Shown: one piece after another, positions 1-8,335 of the stretch | How the letters are laid out: every line of letters begins with the position of its first letter | Position numbering within the stretch: position 1 is the stretch's first letter | NCBI GenBank assembly: GCA_038227875.1 | Contig: JBBRPR010000045.1 | Location: 8,403 to 72,402, forward strand | Length of the DNA stretch: 64,000 nucleotides | DNA from: Planctomycetota bacterium | GTDB lineage: Bacteria; Planctomycetota; SZUA-567; H5-PLA8 | Direction: 5' to 3' | Position numbers and translations under genes: made by a program | The notes under the pieces: model-generated | Database searches by the model: none | The model's input: only the letters and a program-made list of their open reading frames with translations | Told to the model about the DNA's origin: nothing

Positions 1-245
1 CACACGATGTGGTCGGCGAAATACCACTCGGGATGCACGACCGTCGGCTTGGTCGTGGACGGATTCGTCGCGACGACCGCGATTTCAAACGTGTCGCCGC
101 CCCGTGCAATGCGTATCTCCGCGGCTCTTCCGGAAGGCGACTTCAGCCGCAGCGTTGGCGAGGCGAGCACCTGCTCGGCGGTAAGCGGGCCGGAGATTTC
201 AGACGCCACCACGCTCTGAACCGAAAGTGCAACTGAATGGCGCAT
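1..245 (-). CDS. Hypothetical protein, N-terminal part only (runs off the left edge)
   Basis: ATG at 245 preceded by GGAG. The frame is open to the window edge (MRHSVALSVQSVVASEISGPLTAEQVLASP...HPEWYFADHIV) and lies 10 bp downstream of the 256..3126 gene. Confidence 0.7.
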   Translation of the reverse strand, partial: MRHSVALSVQSVVASEISGPLTAEQVLASPTLRLKSPSGRAAEIRIARGGDTFEIAVVATNPSTTKPTVVHPEWYFADHIV

Positions 246-255
246 GGGTGTCTCC

Positions 256-3126
256 TTAAACAAAGTGCAAGTAGCCAAGCCGCGCGTCGTCGTCCCGGTA
301 TTCGTACCCCTGGCACCAGCCGACTTGCCGGTTGCGCTTCACTGCCGGGTTGGTCAGCACATTCAAGCGCCAATGGTCGCCGCGTTTTGGAGAGCCGCCC
401 AACTGCGTCCAGGGAATGGTCAGCTCAAAGCGCCAGTTGGATTCTGTGTGCTCGAAATGCATGCCGCAACCTTCGAGCACCATGGGCTTCTCGGAGCCGC
501 GCTGGAGCGTGCCGCCTTCACCGCGGAAGTAGATCACGTAGTTGAGCAGCTCCGAACCGGGCTTCTGCAGGAAGACGCGCATGAATCCGGTCTGGTTGAT
601 CGTGCCGCGATTTTTCGTCCACATCTCGTCGCGCACTTTCCAATCGATCCCGTGTTCACGCAGCACCAGCTTCAAGCCTGCATCCGTCTGCGTCGCGCGG
701 AAGTCGCAGACATCTTCACGGAAGAAATTCTCGCGCCGGAAAAACGATCCCACGTTGTCCCAACTCGGCTGACCCCAGCGGTAGCACTGATCGTGGACCA
801 GCGGCAGGAAGCTCTCGTCGCGGCCGAGCGCGTCATCTTTCGGCACGTGAGCCCCGGGCGGATGGATCCATTCCAGTTCCGCCTGGAGATAGTGCCGCCA
901 GGCCACCACGTTGTCGCGGTACGCTTCCAGGCCGGGCTTCTGCAGAAGTTCGATCGACTTATCCGCTTCCCGCAGCGCTTCGCGCAGCAGCTTGGCGTTG
1001 CGCAGCGCCATGAACTCACCCGGCCGCACCGAAACATACGCGCGGCAGAGCCGCCGGATTTCGTTGTAGCGTTCGTGCGACGCCAGATACGCGCTCAGCG
1101 CGGGAAAGGGCACGCGTTCCCGCTCGTAAGCGATGATCACGTCGAGTGCCGCGGCGTCCTTCGCGGGACTGAACGGGCCGCTGGCGTTCGTGGAGGTGTA
1201 GTGATCGGTCTCGCCAATTCGATCGCCCAGCACGCGGACGGTTTCGAGCATCAGCGCGCGGGCGCGCTTCAAGTGCGTGAACAGTTGCGTCGAGCTCCGT
1301 GCGAAATAGCACGAACTGAGCTCAATGGCGATGCGGATTTCGCGCTCGATGCGTTCGCCATTGCGGACATTGCGGTCCACCTGCTCCAGCGTCGCCGTGT
1401 CGGCCGCGTCTCCGGTAAGTTTCTTGTACGTCGCGGCGGCGGCGCGCGCGGCCTTCACGTGCCGTTGAATCTGCGCGGCCATTGCCGCCGGATTGTTCAC
1501 CGGCTTTTTCTTCACCGCCGGATTGACGTAATCGATCGGCGCCTGCGTATCGTTTTCGACAACCTTGATCGGCTTGTCGCGGACCACCCACGCCTTCCAA
1601 GAAACGTTGTGCGGAATTTCGCCGAGCCTGTTAAGGAACGACATCGGGTAGTAGAAGAACGGCTCCTGATAATGGCTGAAGCGCCCCGGAAACGCGTAGC
1701 CTTCCTGCGCCGAACCGTAACAGAACTGGCGGTACTGCTTGAGGATGATCTGGCTGGATTCCACGATCGCGGTGCGCAGCGCGGCGGCAGCCTTTGTGTC
1801 GCACGAAAACCAGCGCGCGTAGCGTTCGTTCCACGCGGCCGCGTCCGGATTTTCGCCGCGGACGTAATCCACCGCGGCCTGCAAATGTCCCTGATTCATT
1901 TTCGCATGCGAATGATCACGCGGCGTGTACAGCGCTTCGGTCGCTGCCGCGGGCAGTTGCGGTATCAGCAATTCCGTCGTCGATTGAAAGCTGATCGAGT
2001 CGGCGCCCTTGTCCTGAATACTCTTTAACAGCGCGTGAACGTATTCCGGATCGGTCCACAATTTGGCGCTGATGTTCGTGCCGCAGTTGTGGCAGGGACC
2101 GACGCTGAACGTGAATTCAATGTCCGGCATCGCCTTCTTCCAGACTTTCACGCGATCATCGGCGACCGGGAAGTAGTAGACGTCATTCGTGTCGTGACTC
2201 TTGTGAACCAGTCCCTTGGGGCCCTTGTACTTCTTCATCAGGCCCGTCATCCCCGCCACGTCAGAGAATCCCCACAGGCGGAAAAACAGCGTCGGTTTGC
2301 GTTCCATCGCGTTGGCGACCGGCAGCAGCGTCTGCTCCATGTAGTCGATGGCGTTGGGCGCGGATTCGAAATTGATGTACAGCCCGTTGAGTTCCGGCAG
2401 CGTCTCGAAGGTGCGCTGGTAGATGTAGCGGTTGTAATCGTAGATGCGCGGATGATTGAATGCAGCCAGCCGCGTGCCGCTTTCTTTCAGCCCCAACCCC
2501 AGGTGATCGGAGAGCGCCTGCGTGAAATGCGAAACGTAGTGATGAAGGAACGTGCGCAAGCCGTACTTCTGCGCGGTGCCGTAGATCAGTTTCAGCGCGC
2601 GGAAATTCGCCGCGCGCAGTTCGGCCGGATTGTACGTCGCGTGTGGAAAGCCTTCGTAGTCGAGAAAAAATTCGAACGGATGATACCCTGCGTACAGCAC
2701 CAGCCCGTTGAAGTGCCGCCGCGCCAGTTCCTGGCAGAACGCTTCGACGAATTCCGCGGTGTACTCCGTGATCGGCTTGCCGCCGTTGCCGCGCTTGGAA
2801 TGGCCGTCGGGAACCTGGAAGCAGATCTCGTGCTTGTAATTGCGCGTCTTGAAGCGCGGCAGCAGCCCGCTCTCGCCTTCAGCGCCTTTCGCGAGTTCCA
2901 GCAGCGCGCCGATGGCGCCCACCGCCGTGTGCGCATGAACCGCAATGCGCCCCGCCGGACGTTCGATGCGGTAACCGTCATCGGTGCGTCCGTTCAGTGG
3001 CAGCAGTTCGAGTTTATCGCTGCCAACACGCAGCGTGCCGCGCGCTTCTTTGGCTCCAGGGATGGTATGAAAGGCCCAGCGAATTCCGTGTGCGGCAGCT
3101 CCAAAACGTTCAGCGATGACGTCCAT
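256..3126 (-). CDS. Large hypothetical protein, probable glycoside-hydrolase-like barrel with a C-terminal CBM9/DOMON-like domain
   Basis: 956-aa ORF with an RBS-like GGAG. The N-terminal DDGYRIER..IAVHAHTAVGAIGAL resembles GH20/GH67 domain 2. The C-terminal WRFELTIPWTQLGGSPKRGDHWRLNV resembles CBM9-type domains. No signal peptide. Confidence 0.55.
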   Translation of the reverse strand: MDVIAERFGAAAHGIRWAFHTIPGAKEARGTLRVGSDKLELLPLNGRTDDGYRIERPAGRIAVHAHTAVGAIGALLELAKGAEGESGLLPRFKTRNYKHEICFQVPDGHSKRGNGGKPITEYTAEFVEAFCQELARRHFNGLVLYAGYHPFEFFLDYEGFPHATYNPAELRAANFRALKLIYGTAQKYGLRTFLHHYVSHFTQALSDHLGLGLKESGTRLAAFNHPRIYDYNRYIYQRTFETLPELNGLYINFESAPNAIDYMEQTLLPVANAMERKPTLFFRLWGFSDVAGMTGLMKKYKGPKGLVHKSHDTNDVYYFPVADDRVKVWKKAMPDIEFTFSVGPCHNCGTNISAKLWTDPEYVHALLKSIQDKGADSISFQSTTELLIPQLPAAATEALYTPRDHSHAKMNQGHLQAAVDYVRGENPDAAAWNERYARWFSCDTKAAAALRTAIVESSQIILKQYRQFCYGSAQEGYAFPGRFSHYQEPFFYYPMSFLNRLGEIPHNVSWKAWVVRDKPIKVVENDTQAPIDYVNPAVKKKPVNNPAAMAAQIQRHVKAARAAAATYKKLTGDAADTATLEQVDRNVRNGERIEREIRIAIELSSCYFARSSTQLFTHLKRARALMLETVRVLGDRIGETDHYTSTNASGPFSPAKDAAALDVIIAYERERVPFPALSAYLASHERYNEIRRLCRAYVSVRPGEFMALRNAKLLREALREADKSIELLQKPGLEAYRDNVVAWRHYLQAELEWIHPPGAHVPKDDALGRDESFLPLVHDQCYRWGQPSWDNVGSFFRRENFFREDVCDFRATQTDAGLKLVLREHGIDWKVRDEMWTKNRGTINQTGFMRVFLQKPGSELLNYVIYFRGEGGTLQRGSEKPMVLEGCGMHFEHTESNWRFELTIPWTQLGGSPKRGDHWRLNVLTNPAVKRNRQVGWCQGYEYRDDDARLGYLHFV

Positions 3127-3193
3127 GACTCTCCCGGATCGAGTGCACTGATCTTTCCTTTATAGGGCGTCGCCGTGTTTTGGCGCGCCATTT

Positions 3194-4363
3194 TTAAAGC
3201 TGCGAAGCCAGCCATTCCGCCACGCGGCACGCGTCGTAAAAATCCTTGAGCACGATCTCTTCGCGCGGCGTGTGAACGTACCGTTGCCCGCAGCCCATCG
3301 TGACGCAGGGAATGCCGTGCATGACCACGTTGTTGGCGTCCATGCCGCCGTCGTTGGTTTCAAACTCCGGAGTCAGCCCGAATTTTCGCAGCGCCACAGC
3401 CGCGGTCTGGGCGACCGGGCTTTCGATGTCGACATGGAACGCGTCGTAAATCGGTCCGGGAGTAAAGCGCACACTTCCCGCTTCGCCCGCGTCGTTCTTG
3501 ACGGATGCCGCCGCACGTTCGAACGCCTCGCGCCAGTAGCCGACGATCGTCCGGCGGAATTCGCGGTTGTGCGAGCGGGCTTCGGCCAGGATGTGCAGCT
3601 GCGGCATGACCACGTTGCTGCCGGTGCCGCCGTTGATCGTCCCCAGGTTCGCCGAGCCGACCGCTTCGCCTTTGCGGATGCGGCCGTGCCAGCCGGCTTT
3701 GATCAGGTCCGCCAGCGCCAGCGCCGCGATGGCCGCTGACGAAATGCCCTGCTCCGGATGCCCGCCGGCGTGCGAGGCCTTGCCCGTGATGTGAATGTGA
3801 AACCGTTCCGTCCCCGTCACCGCGTGCGTCACTAACGCCGGATCGTCGGAATCAAAATTGTAGCAGAGCGACGGCAGCGGCGACCCAAGCTTCGTCACGT
3901 CCATGCCGTGCGAGCCGACGAGGCCGATCTCCTCCTGCACGAAAAAGACGAGCGTCGTCGGCGCGTGTTGTCCGTTCAGCGCGATGAGTTTTCGCGCCAG
4001 GTTCAGCAGCACCGCGCAGCCGGTGCGGTTGTCGCCGCCCAGGCATTTACCTTCCGCGGCGTTGCGGATCTTGCCGCCGTCCAGCACCGGTTTGGCGCCG
4101 ACGCAGTCCGGCACCGTGTCGAGGTGCGCGCAGAACATCCGCCGCGGCGGCGGATTTTTCAGCGTACTTTCGAAGCGTACGATCAGATTGCCGGTCGATC
4201 CGCCGATCTCACTCCGCCGGTTCGCGTCGTCGACGACGATATTGTCCGGCGGCACGCCCATCGCCTTCAAGCGCGCGCGGATGAATCCGGCCACGCGTTC
4301 CTCGTGGCCGGACGTTCCTTCGATCTCGAGCAGCTCCAGCAACTCCGTCGTGGCGCGCTCCAT
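3194..4363 (-). CDS. M20 family metallopeptidase (peptidase T-like)
   Basis: Motifs CAHLDTV, GGDNRTG, QEEIGLVG, GKASHAG, GGMDAN, HTPRE. The start was reassigned to ATG 4363, which overlaps the upstream stop (TAATG). Confidence 0.9.
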   Translation of the reverse strand: MERATTELLELLEIEGTSGHEERVAGFIRARLKAMGVPPDNIVVDDANRRSEIGGSTGNLIVRFESTLKNPPPRRMFCAHLDTVPDCVGAKPVLDGGKIRNAAEGKCLGGDNRTGCAVLLNLARKLIALNGQHAPTTLVFFVQEEIGLVGSHGMDVTKLGSPLPSLCYNFDSDDPALVTHAVTGTERFHIHITGKASHAGGHPEQGISSAAIAALALADLIKAGWHGRIRKGEAVGSANLGTINGGTGSNVVMPQLHILAEARSHNREFRRTIVGYWREAFERAAASVKNDAGEAGSVRFTPGPIYDAFHVDIESPVAQTAAVALRKFGLTPEFETNDGGMDANNVVMHGIPCVTMGCGQRYVHTPREEIVLKDFYDACRVAEWLASQL

Positions 4364-5661
4364 TACTTCTTGCCCTTCGACGACAGCTTCGACAGCGCCG
4401 TCTCGAACGCGCTCGCGGCGCGTTCGCATTCGTCGGCGGTGATCGACAGCGGCGGCTGGAAGCGCACCACGTTGCCGAAGACGCCGCCGGTTCCGACCAG
4501 CACGCCGCTTTCGCGCAGCGACGCGCGCAGCTCCTTCGTTTCCGTGTCGGCCGGTTCCTTGGTCTTGCGATCGCGGACCAATTCGATGCCGATCATTAAA
4601 CCCTTGCCGCGCACGTCGCCGATCAGGCTGAATTTCTCCTGCAGCGCGCGGAAGCGGGAGAGCAGGCCTTCGCCGCGCAGCGCCGAATTCTCGATCAGCT
4701 TTTCTTCGCGCAGCACCTGGATGTTGGCGATCGCCGCCGCGCACGAAACCGGATTGCCGCCGAACGTCGAGAGATGATCGCCGGGCTGCATCGCGTCACT
4801 GACGGTGTTGAGCGCCGAGAACGCACCGAGCGGAAAGCCGGACGCGATGCCCTTGGCCATCGTCACGATGTCCGGAATCACGCCGGGGAAATGTTCGATG
4901 CCGAACATGCGGCCCGTGCGTCCGAAGCCCGACTGCACTTCATCGACGATGAAGAGCGCGCCGGTATCGTGGAAAATCTTTACCGCAGTTTCAAAGTACC
5001 CCGGCGGCGGCACCAGGATTCCGCCTTCGCCCAGCACCGGTTCCGCCACGAACGCCGCGACGTCGCCGGAGAGCTGCTGCCGCACCGTGTCTTTCAGTTC
5101 GTTGGCGCAGGCCAGCCCGCAGCTCGGGTATTCCAGCTTCAAGGGACAACGGTAGCAGTACGGCGTCGGCCCGAACGCCACGCCCGACGAGTACGGACCG
5201 TTCTTCTTCTTGCGCGCGGCGTTGCCGGTGATCGACAGCGTGCCCAGCGTGCGGCCGTGAAAGCTGTAGCCCAGCGCCACGATCTCGCGCTTGCCCGTCG
5301 CCTGCTTGGCCAGGCGCAACGCGCCTTCGTTGGCTTCGGCGCCGGAGTTCCCGAAGAAACTCTTGCGCGGGCCGCCCGGCGCAATGTCGGAGAGCGTCTG
5401 CGCTAATTCGCCGACCGCGGGGACCTGATACACGTAGGAGCAGCAATGGACAAGCTTCTTGATCTGCTCAATCGCCGCCGCCGTAACTTTCGGATGATTG
5501 TGGCCCGCGTTGACCACGGAAATTCCGGAGAAGCAGTCGAGGTACTCGCGACCGTCGTCGGCGCGCACCGTCCGGCCGCTGCCGCTGACCAGCGTCAGCG
5601 GCTCGACGCCCTTGGCCGCAACCGGAAGAAGGAAGTTGGCGTACTGCTGAGCGGTTTCCAC
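4363..5661 (-). CDS. Class III (omega-amino acid) PLP-dependent aminotransferase
   Basis: YLDCFSGISVVNAGH, SGAEANE, SFHGRT, FIVDEVQSGFGRTG, TMAKG (PLP Lys), STFGGNP. GTG start at 5661 follows GGAGA; ATG 5682 is an alternative. Confidence 0.92.
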   Translation of the reverse strand: METAQQYANFLLPVAAKGVEPLTLVSGSGRTVRADDGREYLDCFSGISVVNAGHNHPKVTAAAIEQIKKLVHCCSYVYQVPAVGELAQTLSDIAPGGPRKSFFGNSGAEANEGALRLAKQATGKREIVALGYSFHGRTLGTLSITGNAARKKKNGPYSSGVAFGPTPYCYRCPLKLEYPSCGLACANELKDTVRQQLSGDVAAFVAEPVLGEGGILVPPPGYFETAVKIFHDTGALFIVDEVQSGFGRTGRMFGIEHFPGVIPDIVTMAKGIASGFPLGAFSALNTVSDAMQPGDHLSTFGGNPVSCAAAIANIQVLREEKLIENSALRGEGLLSRFRALQEKFSLIGDVRGKGLMIGIELVRDRKTKEPADTETKELRASLRESGVLVGTGGVFGNVVRFQPPLSITADECERAASAFETALSKLSSKGKK

Positions 5662-5746
5662 GGAATGTTCTCCACGATTCATTTCGATTCAGGATAGGGA
5701 CTACAGTCCCCATGTTGGCTTTTGACCACTTGGCGAGTTGCTGAAC

Positions 5747-7288
5747 TCAGACCCAGCCTTCCTTGGGCGCTTCCGCGCCGAACCAGCGTTCGGTGACGAC
5801 CTTTTTGTGCGTGTAGAATTCAACCGCGTCCGGGCCGTACGCGTGCAGATCGCCGAAAAAGGAGCTCTTCCAGCCGCCGAACGAGAACATCGCCATCGGC
5901 GCGGGCACGCCGAGATTCACGCCGAGCATGCCGCACTCGACGCGCGAGCGGAACGTGCGCGCCAGCGCGCCGTCGGTGGTGAAAATCGAAGCCGAATTGC
6001 CGAAGCGGCTGGCGTTGACGATCGTGATCGCCTCATCCAGCGTCGCCGCGCGGAGCACCGTGGCCACCGGTCCGAAAATTTCCTCGCGCGCAATCGCCAT
6101 CGCCGGGTTCGCGCCATCGAACACCGTCGGTCCCACAAAGGCGCCGTTGGGGCGTGAGGCCGACGTCGAAGTCCGTCCATCCAGTACCAGCTTCGCGCCT
6201 TCGCTTACGCCGCGTTCGATCCACTTCACCACGCGCGCGCGCGATTCCATGTTGATCAGCGGGCTCAGCGTGCTCGTCGCATCCAGTCCGTCGCCCAGCT
6301 TCAGAGCGCTGGCCGCGCGCACGAACGCGTCGACGACGCTCTGCTGGCGTTCCGCCGTGCCGACCGCCACGATCACGCTGCCGGCCAGGCAGCGCTGTCC
6401 CGCGCAGCCGAAACACGAACCGATCAGCGCCGGCAGGCTGCGTTCCAGATCGGCGTCAGGCATCACCAGCAGATGGTTCTTCGCGCCGCCCAGCGCCTGG
6501 ACGCGCTTGCCCAGCCGCGTCGCCGCGTGGAAGACCGACTCCGCCACCGGCGTCGAACCCACGAACGAAATCGCTTTTACCTGCTCGTTCTGAATCAAGC
6601 GCTCGGCCACTTCCTTGCCGCCGTGAACGACGCTGATCACGCCCGCCGGCAGTCCCGCTTCGGCAAAGAGCGCCGCGATGCGAGTTCCCGTCAGCGGCGC
6701 GCGTTCGGTCGGCTTCAAGATGAAGGTGTTGCCGCACGCCACGGCCAGCGGCATCATCCACAACGGAATCATCGCCGGAAAATTGAACGGCGGAATCCCC
6801 GCGACGACGCCCAGCGGTTCGCGCAGCATGTACGAATCGACATTCTGCGAGACTTCCGGCAGCGTGCGTCCACAGAGATGCGTGGTGACGCCGCAGGCGA
6901 ATTCAACGACATCGATGCCGCGCCGCACGTCGCCGATCGCTTCGCTCAGCAGCTTGCCGTTCTCTATAACGATCAGCCGGGCCAGCTCATCGACATGCTT
7001 CAGCAGCAGGTTGCGGAACGAAAACAGCACCAGCGCGCGGTCAGAAACGCTCCGCGCCCGCCAGCTCTTGAACGCCGCCCCCGCCGCGCGGCAGGCTTCA
7101 TCAACCTGCGCCAGGCTGGCTTCCTGCACCGTCGCGACCAGTTCGGTCGTGTCGGCCGGATTGCAGATTTTCCGCTGCACCGATCCGGTTCCAGCGACCC
7201 AGACGCCGCCGATCAGATTGCGCGTTTCGTGCGTATGATGGGAGGTCGCGCGCGCTTCAGGCAAAGGTTCAACCGCGTTCATCGTCAT
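5747..7288 (-). CDS. mmsA: CoA-acylating (methyl)malonate-semialdehyde dehydrogenase
   Basis: PFNFPAMIPLW, FVGSTPVA, RVQALGGAKNH, GCAGQRCLA, EEIFGP, FSFGGWKSSFFGDLH are typical of MmsA/IolA. Confidence 0.9.
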   Translation of the reverse strand: MTMNAVEPLPEARATSHHTHETRNLIGGVWVAGTGSVQRKICNPADTTELVATVQEASLAQVDEACRAAGAAFKSWRARSVSDRALVLFSFRNLLLKHVDELARLIVIENGKLLSEAIGDVRRGIDVVEFACGVTTHLCGRTLPEVSQNVDSYMLREPLGVVAGIPPFNFPAMIPLWMMPLAVACGNTFILKPTERAPLTGTRIAALFAEAGLPAGVISVVHGGKEVAERLIQNEQVKAISFVGSTPVAESVFHAATRLGKRVQALGGAKNHLLVMPDADLERSLPALIGSCFGCAGQRCLAGSVIVAVGTAERQQSVVDAFVRAASALKLGDGLDATSTLSPLINMESRARVVKWIERGVSEGAKLVLDGRTSTSASRPNGAFVGPTVFDGANPAMAIAREEIFGPVATVLRAATLDEAITIVNASRFGNSASIFTTDGALARTFRSRVECGMLGVNLGVPAPMAMFSFGGWKSSFFGDLHAYGPDAVEFYTHKKVVTERWFGAEAPKEGWV

Positions 7289-7361
7289 GAGTCGCTCCAG
7301 GGCGGCGCAGCTTTGTTTGCCGCCGGGTTATGCTGCGGGAGAAAAACAGCGTTCAACATCA

Positions 7362-7381
7362 GTGTTCTATATACAGTACAC
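7362..7381. promoter_or_regulatory. Candidate operator (imperfect 20-bp palindrome) upstream of mmsA
   Basis: GTGTTCT-ATATAC-AGTACAC in an AT-rich patch about 75-95 bp upstream of the mmsA start. Confidence 0.4.
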
Positions 7382-7511
7382 CGCGTATGCATACCTGCAA
7401 CACTTATTTTTTGCGGAAATTCATCGGGGTGAAACGGGAGTCTGCAGTCGCGCAATCGCGGATTTCGCGCAGCGCGGAGCCGTGCGGTCCGCTGTCCGGC
7501 GTACGGTGAGT

Positions 7512-8066
7512 TTAGAAGCTCGGCGGCGTGTTGGCGGAGAACGCTTCGACGGTCTTTTTGCCTGTGTTGCGGAAGCGGTGCGGCCGACGGCTGTCGAAAT
7601 AATACGCGTCGCCCGGGCCCAGGATGTAGACGTTGTCCTCGACGGTCAGTTCCAACGTCCCTTTTAGTACGACGCCGGCCTCTTCGGATTCGTGCCGGTA
7701 GAGTTCCGGCCCGGTGTCCGCGCCCGGTTCGTATGTTTCGATCAGCATTTGCAGCGCGCGCCCCGCGCGGCCGGCCGCGATGTCGCGGAACGAAATTCCC
7801 GACTGTCCGGAAATCTGCGTCAGCTCGTCGGCGCGGTAGACGACCTTCGAGAGCGGTTTATTGGATTCGGTGAAGAAGTCCGCGAGACTGCAGCCCAGGC
7901 CCGCGAGAATGATCTTCAGCTTGCCCACGGAAACATTGTTCGTCCCGCGTTCGAGCGCCGAGAGAAAACTCACCGCCACGCCCGTCTCCCGCGACAGCGC
8001 CCGCAGCGTCAGCTTATGCCGCTCACGCAGTTCCTTCAGCCGTTTTCCAATTTCGCTTTCAGTCAC
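7512..8066 (-). CDS. XRE-family HTH plus cupin transcriptional regulator (PuuR/PauR-like)
   Basis: N-terminal IGKRLKELRERHKLTLRALSRETGVAVSFLSALERG HTH; cupin motifs HESEE and GDAYYFDSRRPHRFRN. Confidence 0.9.
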   Translation of the reverse strand: MTESEIGKRLKELRERHKLTLRALSRETGVAVSFLSALERGTNNVSVGKLKIILAGLGCSLADFFTESNKPLSKVVYRADELTQISGQSGISFRDIAAGRAGRALQMLIETYEPGADTGPELYRHESEEAGVVLKGTLELTVEDNVYILGPGDAYYFDSRRPHRFRNTGKKTVEAFSANTPPSF

Positions 8067-8335
8067 GCGATGAGCCCTTTAAGCCCGTTGCCATACGGTG
8101 TTTCATTTACCGTACAGACATGCAGGTCCGAATTCAATGGGAACTTTGAGGGAGTTCTTGTCATGGGCTAAATTTTATGTTGCCCATCAGCTCATATCCG
8201 CCCTTTGAACCCATCCGGCTTAAAGGACAAACGCCCGCGGAGCGGAAGATTAACGACTGATACCTCGAATTACCGAACCGCGCCTCATCAGCGCAGTCGC
8301 ACAACTGGCAAACGCGGCGATAGCGCCGCGTGCGC

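Noticed and set aside
244..2028. Long antisense ORFs (e.g. 244..2028, 12822..15644, 19389..20867, 33494..34675, 57262..58275)
   Set aside because: Shadow frames of high-GC genes on the opposite strand, with no motifs or RBS.
4364..4744. N-terminal extension of the M20 peptidase in the ORF track
   Set aside because: It overlaps the aminotransferase; the TAATG-coupled ATG at 4363 is the better start.
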